A program made the translations under genes and the position numbers. This document shows, in pieces, positions 26,532 through 35,100 of a stretch of 60,345 nt of DNA. The notes below the pieces were generated by a model. It did not search any database. It was not told where the DNA came from and saw only the letters and a program-made list of their open reading frames with translations. Every line of letters begins with the position of its first letter. Positions within the stretch are counted from its first letter, which is position 1. The DNA comes from Acidimicrobiia bacterium (GTDB taxonomy: Bacteria > Actinomycetota > Acidimicrobiia > Spongiisociales > ZC4RG35). The stretch covers positions 1 through 60,345 of the forward strand of contig JBAULI010000134.1 of the NCBI GenBank assembly GCA_049578105.1, written 5' to 3'.

Positions 26532-27608
26532 ATGGCCAAGCCGGCGGTGATATTCGGCGGCCCCTCCGATGAGCACGACATCTCCATCCTCACCGGGCTT
26601 CAGGTCACCCACGCCCTGGGCGATGTTCACGCCGTCTATTGGTCCAAGCTTGGGGATTGGTTCCTGGTCGACCCCGGGTCCGAGGCTGGAGACTTCGCCG
26701 ACGGGGTGCCTGCCCGCTCCAGAGAGCTCAGCTTCGTGGCAAGCCCCGGTCAGGGGCTCATGCTCAGGCGGAAGCCGCTCGACGTCGACGCCGTTCTGGT
26801 GGCGTGTCATGGCGGGCCGGGAGAAGACGGGACCCTCCAGGGCCTGCTCGACATGGTCGGTCTGCGTTATACCGGCCCGGGTCAGGCCGCCTCCGCTCTC
26901 GGGATGGACAAGCTCGCTTTCGGGTCGGCCATGAGCGCCGCAGGGCTGCCCACGCTTCCCAGGGCGATGGTGGTGACGGGGGAGGAACCGGCGCCAGATT
27001 TCCCAGGCCCCTACATCGTCAAACCCCGTTTCGGTGGTTCCTCGATCGGCATCGAGGTGGCCGATGACTGGGACACGGTCCTCGCCCTCGAGAAGAGCTC
27101 CTCCTACTTCGACCAGGGCGCAGTGGTCGAGCCGTATCTCACAGAGAGCCGAGATCTCCAGGTGGCGATTCGGACGTATCCGACCTGGGAGACGTCCGCC
27201 ATCGAGGCTCCACTGCGTGCCGAGAGCGGGATCTACTCGTACGACCAGAAGTACCTCGCCTGGGGTGGTGAGGTCGGTGGTGGAAGAGAGCTGCCCGCCC
27301 GTCTCGCCGCCGATGTGGAGCAGACCGTGCTCAGCCTGTCGAGACGTGTCACCGAAGTCGCCGGTCTGCGCGGCATCGCACGGATCGACTTCCTGGAGAA
27401 GCAAGGACAGGTGGTCGTCAACGAGGTCAACACCATTCCGGGGTCGATGGCGGCGTATTTGTGGATCGACCCGCCGATCAGCCGCGAAAGGCTCTTCGCC
27501 GACATGCTTTCGGAGGCACGCTCCGCCCCGGTCCGTGTCTTCTCGGTGGCGGGCAGCGATGGGACGGCGCTGAGAAGCGCCGGTGCTATCGCCTCCAAAC
27601 TCGGTTGA
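26532..27608 (+). CDS. ddl: D-alanine--D-alanine ligase
   Basis: 358 aa. N-terminal VIFGGPSDEHDISILTG, ATP-grasp core YIVKPRFGGSSIGIEV, and C-terminal ARIDFL...VVNEVNTIPGSMA. Confidence 0.9.
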   Translation: MAKPAVIFGGPSDEHDISILTGLQVTHALGDVHAVYWSKLGDWFLVDPGSEAGDFADGVPARSRELSFVASPGQGLMLRRKPLDVDAVLVACHGGPGEDGTLQGLLDMVGLRYTGPGQAASALGMDKLAFGSAMSAAGLPTLPRAMVVTGEEPAPDFPGPYIVKPRFGGSSIGIEVADDWDTVLALEKSSSYFDQGAVVEPYLTESRDLQVAIRTYPTWETSAIEAPLRAESGIYSYDQKYLAWGGEVGGGRELPARLAADVEQTVLSLSRRVTEVAGLRGIARIDFLEKQGQVVVNEVNTIPGSMAAYLWIDPPISRERLFADMLSEARSAPVRVFSVAGSDGTALRSAGAIASKLG

Positions 27609-27614
27609 ACAGGA

Positions 27615-27635
27615 GGATCGGTTCGGGCCCGATCC
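27615..27635. terminator. hairpin between convergent ddl and asnC-like genes (possible bidirectional terminator)
   Basis: ggatcgg-ttcgggc-ccgatcc forms a perfect 7 bp stem. It starts 7 nt after the ddl stop and is followed by a T-containing tract (gctctggctgtctct). Confidence 0.4.
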
Positions 27636-27658
27636 GCTCTGGCTGTCTCTAGCTCAGA

Positions 27659-27892
27659 TCAGAGATGTACTACGGGGCAGGTCAGGGTGCGGGTGATGCC
27701 ATCGATCGCCTGGATCCTGGCAACCACCAATTTCCCGAGCGAGTCCACGTCATCGCTCGTTGCCTTGACGATCACGTCATAGGGGCCGGTCACGTCGTCG
27801 GCGGTGTCGACGCCCGGGATGTCACGCACTTCCTCTGCGACGAGGGCGGCTTTGCCGACCTCGGTCTGGATCAGGACATAGGCCTGGACCAC
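27659..27892 (-). CDS. Lrp/AsnC ligand-binding (RAM) domain protein, stand-alone
   Basis: 77 aa. MVQAYVLIQTEVGKAALVAEEVRDIPGVDTADDVTGPYDVIVKATSDD is the typical AsnC-type small RAM domain without an HTH. Confidence 0.75.
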   Translation of the reverse strand: MVQAYVLIQTEVGKAALVAEEVRDIPGVDTADDVTGPYDVIVKATSDDVDSLGKLVVARIQAIDGITRTLTCPVVHL

Positions 27893-27902
27893 TGAGCCTC
27901 CT

Positions 27903-27928
27903 TAGGGTCTCGAGTGGCCCGGACCCTA
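27903..27928. promoter_or_regulatory. inverted repeat in the divergent asnC-like/GNAT intergenic region (possible operator)
   Basis: tagggtc (27903-09) and gacccta (27922-28) are perfect 7 bp inverted arms separated by 12 nt. Confidence 0.2.
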
Positions 27929-28052
27929 GTTGATGGATGAGACGAGGTGCATACCTGTATCCCGGCCGGTTCACGTGGCTGGCCAGTGTGCGAACCCCGG
28001 GCTTCCCGGATCAGGCGCTAGCTTCCACCGCCCCGGCCACGGAGGGCTCCCG

Positions 28053-28475
28053 ATGGGCAACGAATACGAAGTCTCCACCGATGCGACGAGGTTCGATCGG
28101 GACCGTTACCACCACTGGATGTCGGACCTCGCCTACTGGGCGAAAGGGAGGGCGCGGGCCACCTCGGAGGCGGCCTGCGACGCCAGTCTCGTCTTCGGCG
28201 CCTATCGGGTGGGTGGTGAGATGGTCGGGTGTGCCCGGGTGGTCACGGACGGTGTGACTTTCGCCTGGCTGTGTGACGTCTTCGTCGAAGAAGGTCATCG
28301 TGGCCGCGGGGTGGGCAAGGCCCTGATGGACGCCGTGATGTCACACCCGGGCATGTCAGAGATGAAGAGATTCACCCTCGCCACGGGTGACGCCCATGGT
28401 CTGTATCGACGTTATGGGTTCGGGCCGATCGGCGAACCGGAGAGGTGGATGATTCGCCTCGGTGCGAATGTGTGA
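28053..28475 (+). CDS. GNAT family N-acetyltransferase
   Basis: ATG at 28053, preceded by GGAGGG. The acetyl-CoA binding block VFVEEGHRGRGVGKALMDAV (Q/RxxGxG/A) is followed by AHGLYRRYGF. Confidence 0.8.
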   Translation: MGNEYEVSTDATRFDRDRYHHWMSDLAYWAKGRARATSEAACDASLVFGAYRVGGEMVGCARVVTDGVTFAWLCDVFVEEGHRGRGVGKALMDAVMSHPGMSEMKRFTLATGDAHGLYRRYGFGPIGEPERWMIRLGANV

Positions 28476-28489
28476 GCGGCCAGATCGAC

Positions 28490-28705
28490 TCAGTAGCCGT
28501 CCTGGCCCAATCTCACCGATGATATGAAGTGACGACCGTCTTCCTCGACTGTCTCGAAGATGAGGCGCTGGCCCTGTCGGAGGGTGCGAAAGATCGATCC
28601 CTTCAATGATCCTGCCCGGAGGAACACCTCCGATCGGTCGTCGTCCCTGACCACGATGCCGGCGCCGGTCACCGGGTCGTAGCTCTTGACGACACCCTGG
28701 AGCAT
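28490..28705 (-). CDS. cold-shock-domain-like small protein (degenerate RNP motifs)
   Basis: 71 aa. GVVKSYDPVTGAGIVVRDDDRSEVFLRAGSLKGSIFRTLRQGQRLIFE aligns position by position with the CspA pattern GTVKWFNxxKGFGFIxxxxGxDVFVHxxxxxGxGFRTLxEGQxVxFE. The ATG lies 1 nt after the rpmB stop. Confidence 0.6.
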   Translation of the reverse strand: MLQGVVKSYDPVTGAGIVVRDDDRSEVFLRAGSLKGSIFRTLRQGQRLIFETVEEDGRHFISSVRLGQDGY

Positions 28706-28706
28706 C

Positions 28707-28895
28707 TCAGGCCTTCTCGACCTTCCCGGCGCGAATGCACGAGGTGCATACCCGGGCCTGTCGGGTGTTCGATCCGTGGCGAACCCTCACTTTTTGGATG
28801 TTGGGCAGCCAGCGGCGATTGTTGCGTTTGTGGGAGAAGCTGACGGATTTCCCGTAGCTCGGCTCCTTGCCGCAGATCTCACAGCGATAAGACAT
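28707..28895 (-). CDS. rpmB: 50S ribosomal protein L28
   Basis: From the ATG at 28895: [38 protein letters not shown]...[13 protein letters not shown] (62 aa, Cys-containing form). SD caggag lies upstream. Confidence 0.9.
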   Translation of the reverse strand: MSYRCEICGKEPSYGKSVSFSHKRNNRRWLPNIQKVRVRHGSNTRQARVCTSCIRAGKVEKA

Positions 28896-29038
28896 CTCGA
28901 AAACTCCTGGGACGGTCTGGAAGGGTAGACGGGCCAACGGCCTGTCACGACCGCAAGCCAGGATAGCGATCATCCGGGTCAACTCCTAGTCCGGCGGTAC
29001 CGTGGGCACGTGGGGACATCACGATCGACGCACCGCCC

Positions 29039-31204
29039 ATGGCAACCCTGAGTCGTCTCGCCGAGGTCGAGGTCTCAGAGGTCAAGGGCCTTGGCGGTCA
29101 AAGGACCAAAACCCTGGAGAAGACCGGCATCACCCGGGTATCCGATCTGATCCAGCACGTCCCGCGCCGCTATATCGACCGGTCGAGGGTCGAGCCCATA
29201 GCCGACGTCCCGTTGGGGGGCGAGGTGACCATCATCGGCGAGATCAGGTCGGTTCGCACCCGCCGGCCCAGGAAGAATCTCCTGATCATCGAGGCCGAGC
29301 TCGCCGACGAGACGGCCAGGATCAAGGCGATTTGGTTCAATCAGCGATTCCGCGTCAAACAGCTCGGAGAAGGGACCCAGGTCGCCCTCTCCGGGCCAGT
29401 CGAGTCGTTTCGGGGAAGTCTCCAGATGACCAATCCGGCAGTGGACGTCCTGAACAGTCGCTCCGAGTCATTGGTCACCGGTCGAATCGTCCCCATCTAT
29501 CCGGCGATCGGTGAGATCAAGTCGGGAGTCTTTCGGCGTGCCATCCACAACGCCCTCAACCGTTCGCGACCGATCGAGGATCCCGTGCCTGGCCGGTTCC
29601 TCGACGAGATCGGCCTCATCGGCCGTGATCAGGCATACGCAGACATCCATTTCCCAGATTCCCTCGAGGCCGTCGGCCCCGCCCGGGAGCGTCTCGTCTA
29701 CGACGAGCTGTTCCGGTTGGAGTTGGCCCTGGCCCTCCAGAAGCGCAAGCAGATGCTCGCATCGACGGGCATCGCCCATCAGCCGACCGGCGTGCTGGTG
29801 GATCGCTTTCTCGCCGGTCTGCCCTATCGGCTCACCGCCGCACAGACGAAGGTGGTGGGGGAGATCGACTCGGATCTGGCCAAGACCCACCCGATGCATC
29901 GATTGCTTCATGGCGAGGTCGGCTCCGGTAAGACCGTGGTGGCCGTGATCACACTTCTCCATGGTGTGGAGGGAGGGTGGCAGGGCGCCATCATGGCCCC
30001 CACCGAGGTGCTGGCCGAGCAGCACTACACCGGCGTCGTTCGGCTGCTCGCCGAGGCCGGTCTCTCCCCGGAGCCCTACGCATCGGTCAGCGAACTGGGA
30101 ATGGAGAGCTTGTTCGCCTCGGACGGGCCGGCGGTGCATGTCGGGATACTCACCGGCTCGCTGGCCGAGGCCAACTACAAGACGGGGATCACGAGGGAGC
30201 AGTTGGCGGCGGACGTCGCCTCAGGACAGGTGGATCTGGTCATCGGTACTCATGCCTTGATCCAGGAAGGGCTCCATTTCGCAATGCTGGGTGTCGCCGT
30301 TGTCGACGAGCAGCACCGATTCGGTGTGGCCCAGCGCGTTCAGCTCAAGGACAAGGCAAATGCCATCGACCCGGATCTCCTCATAATGACGGCCACGCCG
30401 ATCCCCAGGACCCTCTCCATGACCCTGTATGGGGACCTCGACGTGTCGATGATCGACGAGATGCCGCCCGGGCGCTCACCGGTCGCAACCCGTGTCGTCT
30501 CGAAGGCAGATGAATCGATCGCCTGGCGGGCAATCGTCTCCGAGGTGGAGAAGGGTCATCAGGCCTTCGTCGTTTGCCCTCTGGTGGAAGAGAGCCTCAA
30601 GGTCGAGGCTGCGTCGGCCACGGCCGAGTATGAGCGTCTGTCGACGCTTCTGCCCGATCTGAGGGTCGGTTTGATCCATGGTCAGCTCAGGCCGGTGGAC
30701 AAGGACACGGTGATGACTGCCTTTCGACGCGGTGACATCGATGTGCTCGTGGCCACGACCGTCATCGAGGTCGGCATCGACGTCCCGAATGCGACCGTGA
30801 TGGTCATAGAGGATGCAGACCGATTCGGTCTGAGCCAACTGCATCAATTGCGGGGCCGGGTCGGAAGGGGAGACGCGCCCGGGATGTGCATCCTGGTGGC
30901 CGACCCCTCGACCGATGAGGGCAAGGGGCGGCTGGCCGCCATGTCGTCGACCACCGACGGTTATCGGCTGGCGGAGGAGGACCTGAGGATTCGGGGCCAG
31001 GGCACGGTCTTCGGAACCAAGCAGTCCGGTCTTCCCGACCTGAAGCTGGCAGACGTGCTCGGCGACATCAGACTTCTCGTCTCGGCCCGTCACGACGCCT
31101 TCGAGCTGGTCGACCGTGATCCCGACTTGAAGGAGCATCCCGAATTGGCCGCCGAGGTGAGGTCGATGTTGGGCGAATCCGTGGCATGGCTATTCGTGAG
31201 TTGA
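29039..31204 (+). CDS. recG: ATP-dependent DNA helicase RecG
   Basis: 721 aa. Wedge/OB N-terminal region, helicase motif I GEVGSGKTVVA, DEQHRFGV (motif II), TATPIPRT, and QLHQLRGRVGRG. Confidence 0.9.
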   Translation: MATLSRLAEVEVSEVKGLGGQRTKTLEKTGITRVSDLIQHVPRRYIDRSRVEPIADVPLGGEVTIIGEIRSVRTRRPRKNLLIIEAELADETARIKAIWFNQRFRVKQLGEGTQVALSGPVESFRGSLQMTNPAVDVLNSRSESLVTGRIVPIYPAIGEIKSGVFRRAIHNALNRSRPIEDPVPGRFLDEIGLIGRDQAYADIHFPDSLEAVGPARERLVYDELFRLELALALQKRKQMLASTGIAHQPTGVLVDRFLAGLPYRLTAAQTKVVGEIDSDLAKTHPMHRLLHGEVGSGKTVVAVITLLHGVEGGWQGAIMAPTEVLAEQHYTGVVRLLAEAGLSPEPYASVSELGMESLFASDGPAVHVGILTGSLAEANYKTGITREQLAADVASGQVDLVIGTHALIQEGLHFAMLGVAVVDEQHRFGVAQRVQLKDKANAIDPDLLIMTATPIPRTLSMTLYGDLDVSMIDEMPPGRSPVATRVVSKADESIAWRAIVSEVEKGHQAFVVCPLVEESLKVEAASATAEYERLSTLLPDLRVGLIHGQLRPVDKDTVMTAFRRGDIDVLVATTVIEVGIDVPNATVMVIEDADRFGLSQLHQLRGRVGRGDAPGMCILVADPSTDEGKGRLAAMSSTTDGYRLAEEDLRIRGQGTVFGTKQSGLPDLKLADVLGDIRLLVSARHDAFELVDRDPDLKEHPELAAEVRSMLGESVAWLFVS

Positions 31205-31211
31205 CACCGAG

Positions 31212-31760
31212 ATGAGGGTCATCGCCGGTGTGGCCAAGGGGCGACGACTGGCTGCTCCGTCGACGGACGCCACCCGACCCGTCCTGGACCGTGTCCGTGA
31301 GGCAGTCTTCTCGATGATCGGTGACTGGGTGGTCGATTCGGCCGTCCTCGACCTGTACGCCGGGTCGGGATCCTTCGGGCTCGAGGCCCTTTCACGCGGC
31401 GCCGCTTCGGCAACCTTCGTCGAGAACGGGCGGGTGGCCCTCGAGACGCTGCGCTCCAACATCGAGGCAGTCGGCCTGGGGGGAGCCATCGTGTCGTCGT
31501 CGGTGACGGATTTCCTGACCGTCGGCAATGCGAAATTCGACCTCGTCTTCATCGACCCCCCTTGGGCCATGTCGTCTCCAGCGCTGTCCGAGGATCTGAC
31601 GACGCTCGATCGTCTCGTCGGCCTCGAAGCGGAGGTCGTCCTGTCGCGGCGATGGGGGGACCAGACCCCTTCGCAACCCGAAAACTGGCGGGTTGCCACC
31701 GATAGGAGGTACGGAGATACCAGAATCCTCAGATACGAGAAGGAAACGGAAGCCAGTTGA
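31212..31760 (+). CDS. rsmD: 16S rRNA (guanine(966)-N(2))-methyltransferase RsmD
   Basis: MRVIAGVAKGRRL, the SAM motif LDLYAGSGSFGLEALSRGA, and the catalytic FIDPPW. Confidence 0.85.
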   Translation: MRVIAGVAKGRRLAAPSTDATRPVLDRVREAVFSMIGDWVVDSAVLDLYAGSGSFGLEALSRGAASATFVENGRVALETLRSNIEAVGLGGAIVSSSVTDFLTVGNAKFDLVFIDPPWAMSSPALSEDLTTLDRLVGLEAEVVLSRRWGDQTPSQPENWRVATDRRYGDTRILRYEKETEAS

Positions 31761-32224
31761 CTGTCGCACTTTGCCCGGGGAGCTTTGACCCTCCGACCAA
31801 TGGCCATATCGATGTGATCGAGCGGGTCATCGGAGCCTTCGACGAGGTGGTGATCGCAGTCGTCGACAATCCCTCCAAGGCGTCGATGTTCTCCGCCGCC
31901 GATCGGGTCGGGCTCCTGGAGGAGATCTTCGGTGAGCGCGTCCGGGTCGATTCCTTCGACGGCCTCCTCGTCGAGTATGCGAATCGCATCGGCGCCGACG
32001 TCGTGGTCAAGGGTCTTCGGACCGTCGATGACTACGAGTACGAGATGCAGATGGCACAGATGAACCGGCATCTCACCGGCATGGAAACGGTGTTCATGGC
32101 CACCGGGGCCGAATGGAGCTTCGTCTCTTCGTCCCTGGTCAGGGAAGTGGCGAAACTGGGCGGCTCGGTCGAAGGTCTGGTACCAAGTGTGGTGGAGAGA
32201 GCCCTCAAGGAGCGGTTGTCATGA
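31757..32224 (+). CDS. coaD: pantetheine-phosphate adenylyltransferase
   Basis: CPGSFDPPTNGHIDVIER (T/HxGH motif) and SSSLVREV near the C-terminus. The TTG start overlaps the rsmD stop. Confidence 0.9.
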   Translation: MTVALCPGSFDPPTNGHIDVIERVIGAFDEVVIAVVDNPSKASMFSAADRVGLLEEIFGERVRVDSFDGLLVEYANRIGADVVVKGLRTVDDYEYEMQMAQMNRHLTGMETVFMATGAEWSFVSSSLVREVAKLGGSVEGLVPSVVERALKERLS

Positions 32225-32772
32225 CAGACGAGCATCGAGCGGAAAACGAAACCGAGCCCGAGCAGGAGCCACGCCCCGAGCCAGAGCACCGCACCGAGCT
32301 CGGTGACCTCCAGGACATGGTCGACGACCTGATCGTCTATCTCCATGAGGCCAAGTCCGTCCCGCTTTCGGGGAACGCGATCGTCGACAGGGAGCAAGTC
32401 CTCGGTCTCCTGGAACGGATCCGGGCAGAGCTGCCCGACGAGCTCAGAGCCGCCCGTTGGATGGTGCGCGAGCGCGAGGCGTTCATCGCCCGAACCAACG
32501 AGAAGTCCAGGGAGATGGTGGATAGGGCGCGCAAGGAGGCCGATCAGCTCGTCGCCGACTCCAACATCGTCGCTGAGGCCGTCGAAGAGGCCAACATCCT
32601 CGTTCGACGAGCCGAGGGGGATGCGCGTCGTCTTCGTCTGGAGACAGAGGACGAGATCGAGAAGAAGCTGCAACGGGTCGAAGTCATCCTCAATGAGGCG
32701 ATGACCCAGATCCAGAACGCCCGCGAGGAGTTGCATCAGGCCCGGCCCAAGCCGCCAGACGTCCCGATCTGA
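32221..32772 (+). CDS. hypothetical coiled-coil protein
   Basis: The ATG at 32221 overlaps the coaD TGA (ATGA). An acidic EP-rich N-terminus is followed by a long heptad-like helical region (EKSREMVDRARKEADQLVADSNIVAEAVEEANILVRRAEGDARRLRLETEDEIEKKLQ). I cannot assign a family with confidence. Confidence 0.6.
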   Translation: MTDEHRAENETEPEQEPRPEPEHRTELGDLQDMVDDLIVYLHEAKSVPLSGNAIVDREQVLGLLERIRAELPDELRAARWMVREREAFIARTNEKSREMVDRARKEADQLVADSNIVAEAVEEANILVRRAEGDARRLRLETEDEIEKKLQRVEVILNEAMTQIQNAREELHQARPKPPDVPI

Positions 32773-33263
32773 TGACCTCGGCGATGAAGGTCCATGTCGG
32801 TGACCTCCTCGGGTCACCGGGAAAGGAACGCCCATTCGAGGAGGAGCTCCCGGTCTCCTTGCAGATCGGCGAGGTCACCGTCGACGGCCCGATGCGGGTC
32901 GGGGGAGTGATGATCGGGCTCCTGGACGCGGTCAAGGCCGACTTCGAGGTCGGGGCAGAGGCCCATTTCACGTGCACCCGCTGTCTCGTCGAATGGGACG
33001 AGGGTGTGGAGACCGTCTCCGAGCGATACTTCCGCACCACGGCCGACGAGGACGGCTACGGGATCGTCGACGGCGAGATCGACATGTACGGGCCTGCTCG
33101 CGACGAGCTCGCCCTCTCCCTTCCGGCCGCCCCGGTGTGCAAGCCCGACTGCTTGGGACTTTGCCCAACCTGTGGAACCGACTTGAATACAGACCCTTGT
33201 GACGGCCATGGCGACGAATCCCAGTCTCCCTTCGCCGTCCTGAAAGACCTGTTCGAATCCTGA
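32772..33263 (+). CDS. YceD/DUF177 family protein
   Basis: 163 aa. An internal CTRCL and a C-terminal CKPDCLGLCPTCGTDLNTDPC cysteine cluster. The canonical position immediately upstream of rpmF. Confidence 0.8.
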   Translation: MTSAMKVHVGDLLGSPGKERPFEEELPVSLQIGEVTVDGPMRVGGVMIGLLDAVKADFEVGAEAHFTCTRCLVEWDEGVETVSERYFRTTADEDGYGIVDGEIDMYGPARDELALSLPAAPVCKPDCLGLCPTCGTDLNTDPCDGHGDESQSPFAVLKDLFES

Positions 33264-33277
33264 CCGAGGAGTGCACC

Positions 33278-33454
33278 ATGGCGGTGCCCAAGAAGAAAAT
33301 GTCGCGCTCACGGACCAGACAGCGGAAGTCCGCCTGGAAGGTCGCTCGTCCGAGCACCGTGGCCTGCGAGCAGTGTGGCAAGCCCAAGCTGCCGCATCGC
33401 GCCTGCCGTGAATGCGGCACGTACGCCGGCCGCGAGGTCATCGAGACCAACTGA
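33278..33454 (+). CDS. rpmF: 50S ribosomal protein L32
   Basis: Not in the ORF track (58 aa). My manual translation is MAVPKKKMSRSRTRQRKSAWKVARPSTVACEQCGKPKLPHRACRECGTYAGREVIETN. GAGGAG lies upstream. Confidence 0.9.
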   Translation: MAVPKKKMSRSRTRQRKSAWKVARPSTVACEQCGKPKLPHRACRECGTYAGREVIETN

Positions 33455-33457
33455 GCC

Positions 33458-34429
33458 TTGGCCCGCATCGCCCTCGACGCAATGGGGGGCGACAACGCCC
33501 CATCCGAGACCGTTGCCGGCGCGGTTGAAGCGTCACGCGCCGACGTGGACGTGGTGCTCGTCGGGCATCACCACATACTCGAGGAAGAGCTGGCCAAGCA
33601 CGACGTCAGACTGCCCATCGTCGACGCCCCCGAGATCATCGAGATGGGCGAGGACCCGGCACGGGCGCTGCGTGAGAAACCGGGCGCCTCGATAACGGTC
33701 GCGGCGAAGCTGGTTGCGGAGAACTCGGCCGCCGGTCTCGTCTCGGCCGGCTCGACCGGGGCTGCGATGGCGGCCGCTGCGATCCTGATCGGCAGGATCA
33801 AGGGCGTGTCCCGCCCATCGATAGCTTCGATATTCCCCACCCCGGGAACGCCGACGCTGGTCCTCGACTCCGGTGCGAATCCCGACGTCAAGCCGGATCA
33901 GCTGGTGCAGTTCGCCATCATGGGCTCGGTGGCGGCGGAGGTGCTCCTCGGAGCGGAGGAGCCCCGTGTCGGCTTGCTGTCGATCGGTGAGGAGAAGGGA
34001 AAGGGAAGAGACCTGGAGAGGGCCGCTCACGACCTCTTGGAACACGCACCTGTCCGCTTCGTGGGCAATCTCGAGGGAAGGGACGTGGCCACCGACAAGG
34101 CAGACGTCATCGTGACCGATGGGTTCACCGGCAACATATTCCTGAAGACGATGGAGGGTGCGGCGCAGGTCGTCATCCGGTACGCGATGGAGGAGGTGGG
34201 TCGACTGCCTTCGGAGGTGCGGGAGGCGGCCCTCCCCGCACTCGATCAGGTGCGGCTGCGGCTGGACTACGAGACATACGGTGGGGCGCAGCTGCTTGGG
34301 GTCAAGGGCGTCGTTGTCATCTCCCACGGAGCGTCGACCCGTGTCTCGATCGCCAACGCCTTGCGGATGGCCCATGAGGCAGCCGAGCAAGATCTCCCCG
34401 GCCGGCTGGCCGCCCGGCTCGGCGCGTGA
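33458..34429 (+). CDS. plsX: phosphate acyltransferase PlsX
   Basis: N-terminal ARIALDAMGGDNAP, plus DSGANPDVKP and TDGFTGNIFLKTMEG blocks. TTG start. Confidence 0.9.
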   Translation: MARIALDAMGGDNAPSETVAGAVEASRADVDVVLVGHHHILEEELAKHDVRLPIVDAPEIIEMGEDPARALREKPGASITVAAKLVAENSAAGLVSAGSTGAAMAAAAILIGRIKGVSRPSIASIFPTPGTPTLVLDSGANPDVKPDQLVQFAIMGSVAAEVLLGAEEPRVGLLSIGEEKGKGRDLERAAHDLLEHAPVRFVGNLEGRDVATDKADVIVTDGFTGNIFLKTMEGAAQVVIRYAMEEVGRLPSEVREAALPALDQVRLRLDYETYGGAQLLGVKGVVVISHGASTRVSIANALRMAHEAAEQDLPGRLAARLGA

Positions 34430-35100
34430 CGACACTGGAAGACAAGCTGGGGTACAGCTTTCGTGACCACTCCCTCCTCGAGCTCTCGCTGACCCATCGA
34501 TCGGTCAGCAGCGAAAGCCCGGGCCGTCATGACAATGAGCGGCTGGAGTTCCTCGGAGACGCCGTTTTGCAGCTGGCCGTCACCGACTACCTCTACTCGG
34601 CATACCCCTCCCTTGCCGAGGGGAAGCTGGCAAAGATCCGGGCGGCCGTGGTGAGCCGGCCCACCCTGGCCGACGTGGCACGGAGCATCGATCTGGGAAT
34701 CCACTTGGAGCTGACCCCCGCAGAGGATCGGACCGGGGGGCGTGACAAGGACTCGATCCTCGCCGACGCCGTGGAGGCTGTGATTGGCGCGGTGTACATC
34801 GACTCGGGGCTCGAGGCATCTCGCCGGCTCGTTTCCAGGCTTCTCGGCGGCCGCGTCGACGAACGTGCGAAACAGCCGGGCCTCAAGGACTACAAGACCA
34901 GGCTGCAGGAGGTGCTGGCCAAGGAGGGCAAGCGCCCGGACTATGCGACGGAAGGATCTGGCCCCGACCACGAGCGGCTGTTTCGGGCGGAGGTCTCGAC
35001 CGACGGGGTGGCGATGGGCGAGGGGTCGGGGCGCTCCAAGAAGGAGGCCGAGCAGCAGGCCGCCAGACAGGCGCTGAAGGCTCTCAGCTCAGACTCGTAG
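34426..35100 (+). CDS. rnc: ribonuclease III
   Basis: RNase III signature ERLEFLGDAVLQL, a C-terminal dsRBD (KDYKTRLQEVLAKEG...GSGRSKKEAEQQAARQAL). The GTG start overlaps the plsX stop. Confidence 0.9.
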   Translation: MTTLEDKLGYSFRDHSLLELSLTHRSVSSESPGRHDNERLEFLGDAVLQLAVTDYLYSAYPSLAEGKLAKIRAAVVSRPTLADVARSIDLGIHLELTPAEDRTGGRDKDSILADAVEAVIGAVYIDSGLEASRRLVSRLLGGRVDERAKQPGLKDYKTRLQEVLAKEGKRPDYATEGSGPDHERLFRAEVSTDGVAMGEGSGRSKKEAEQQAARQALKALSSDS

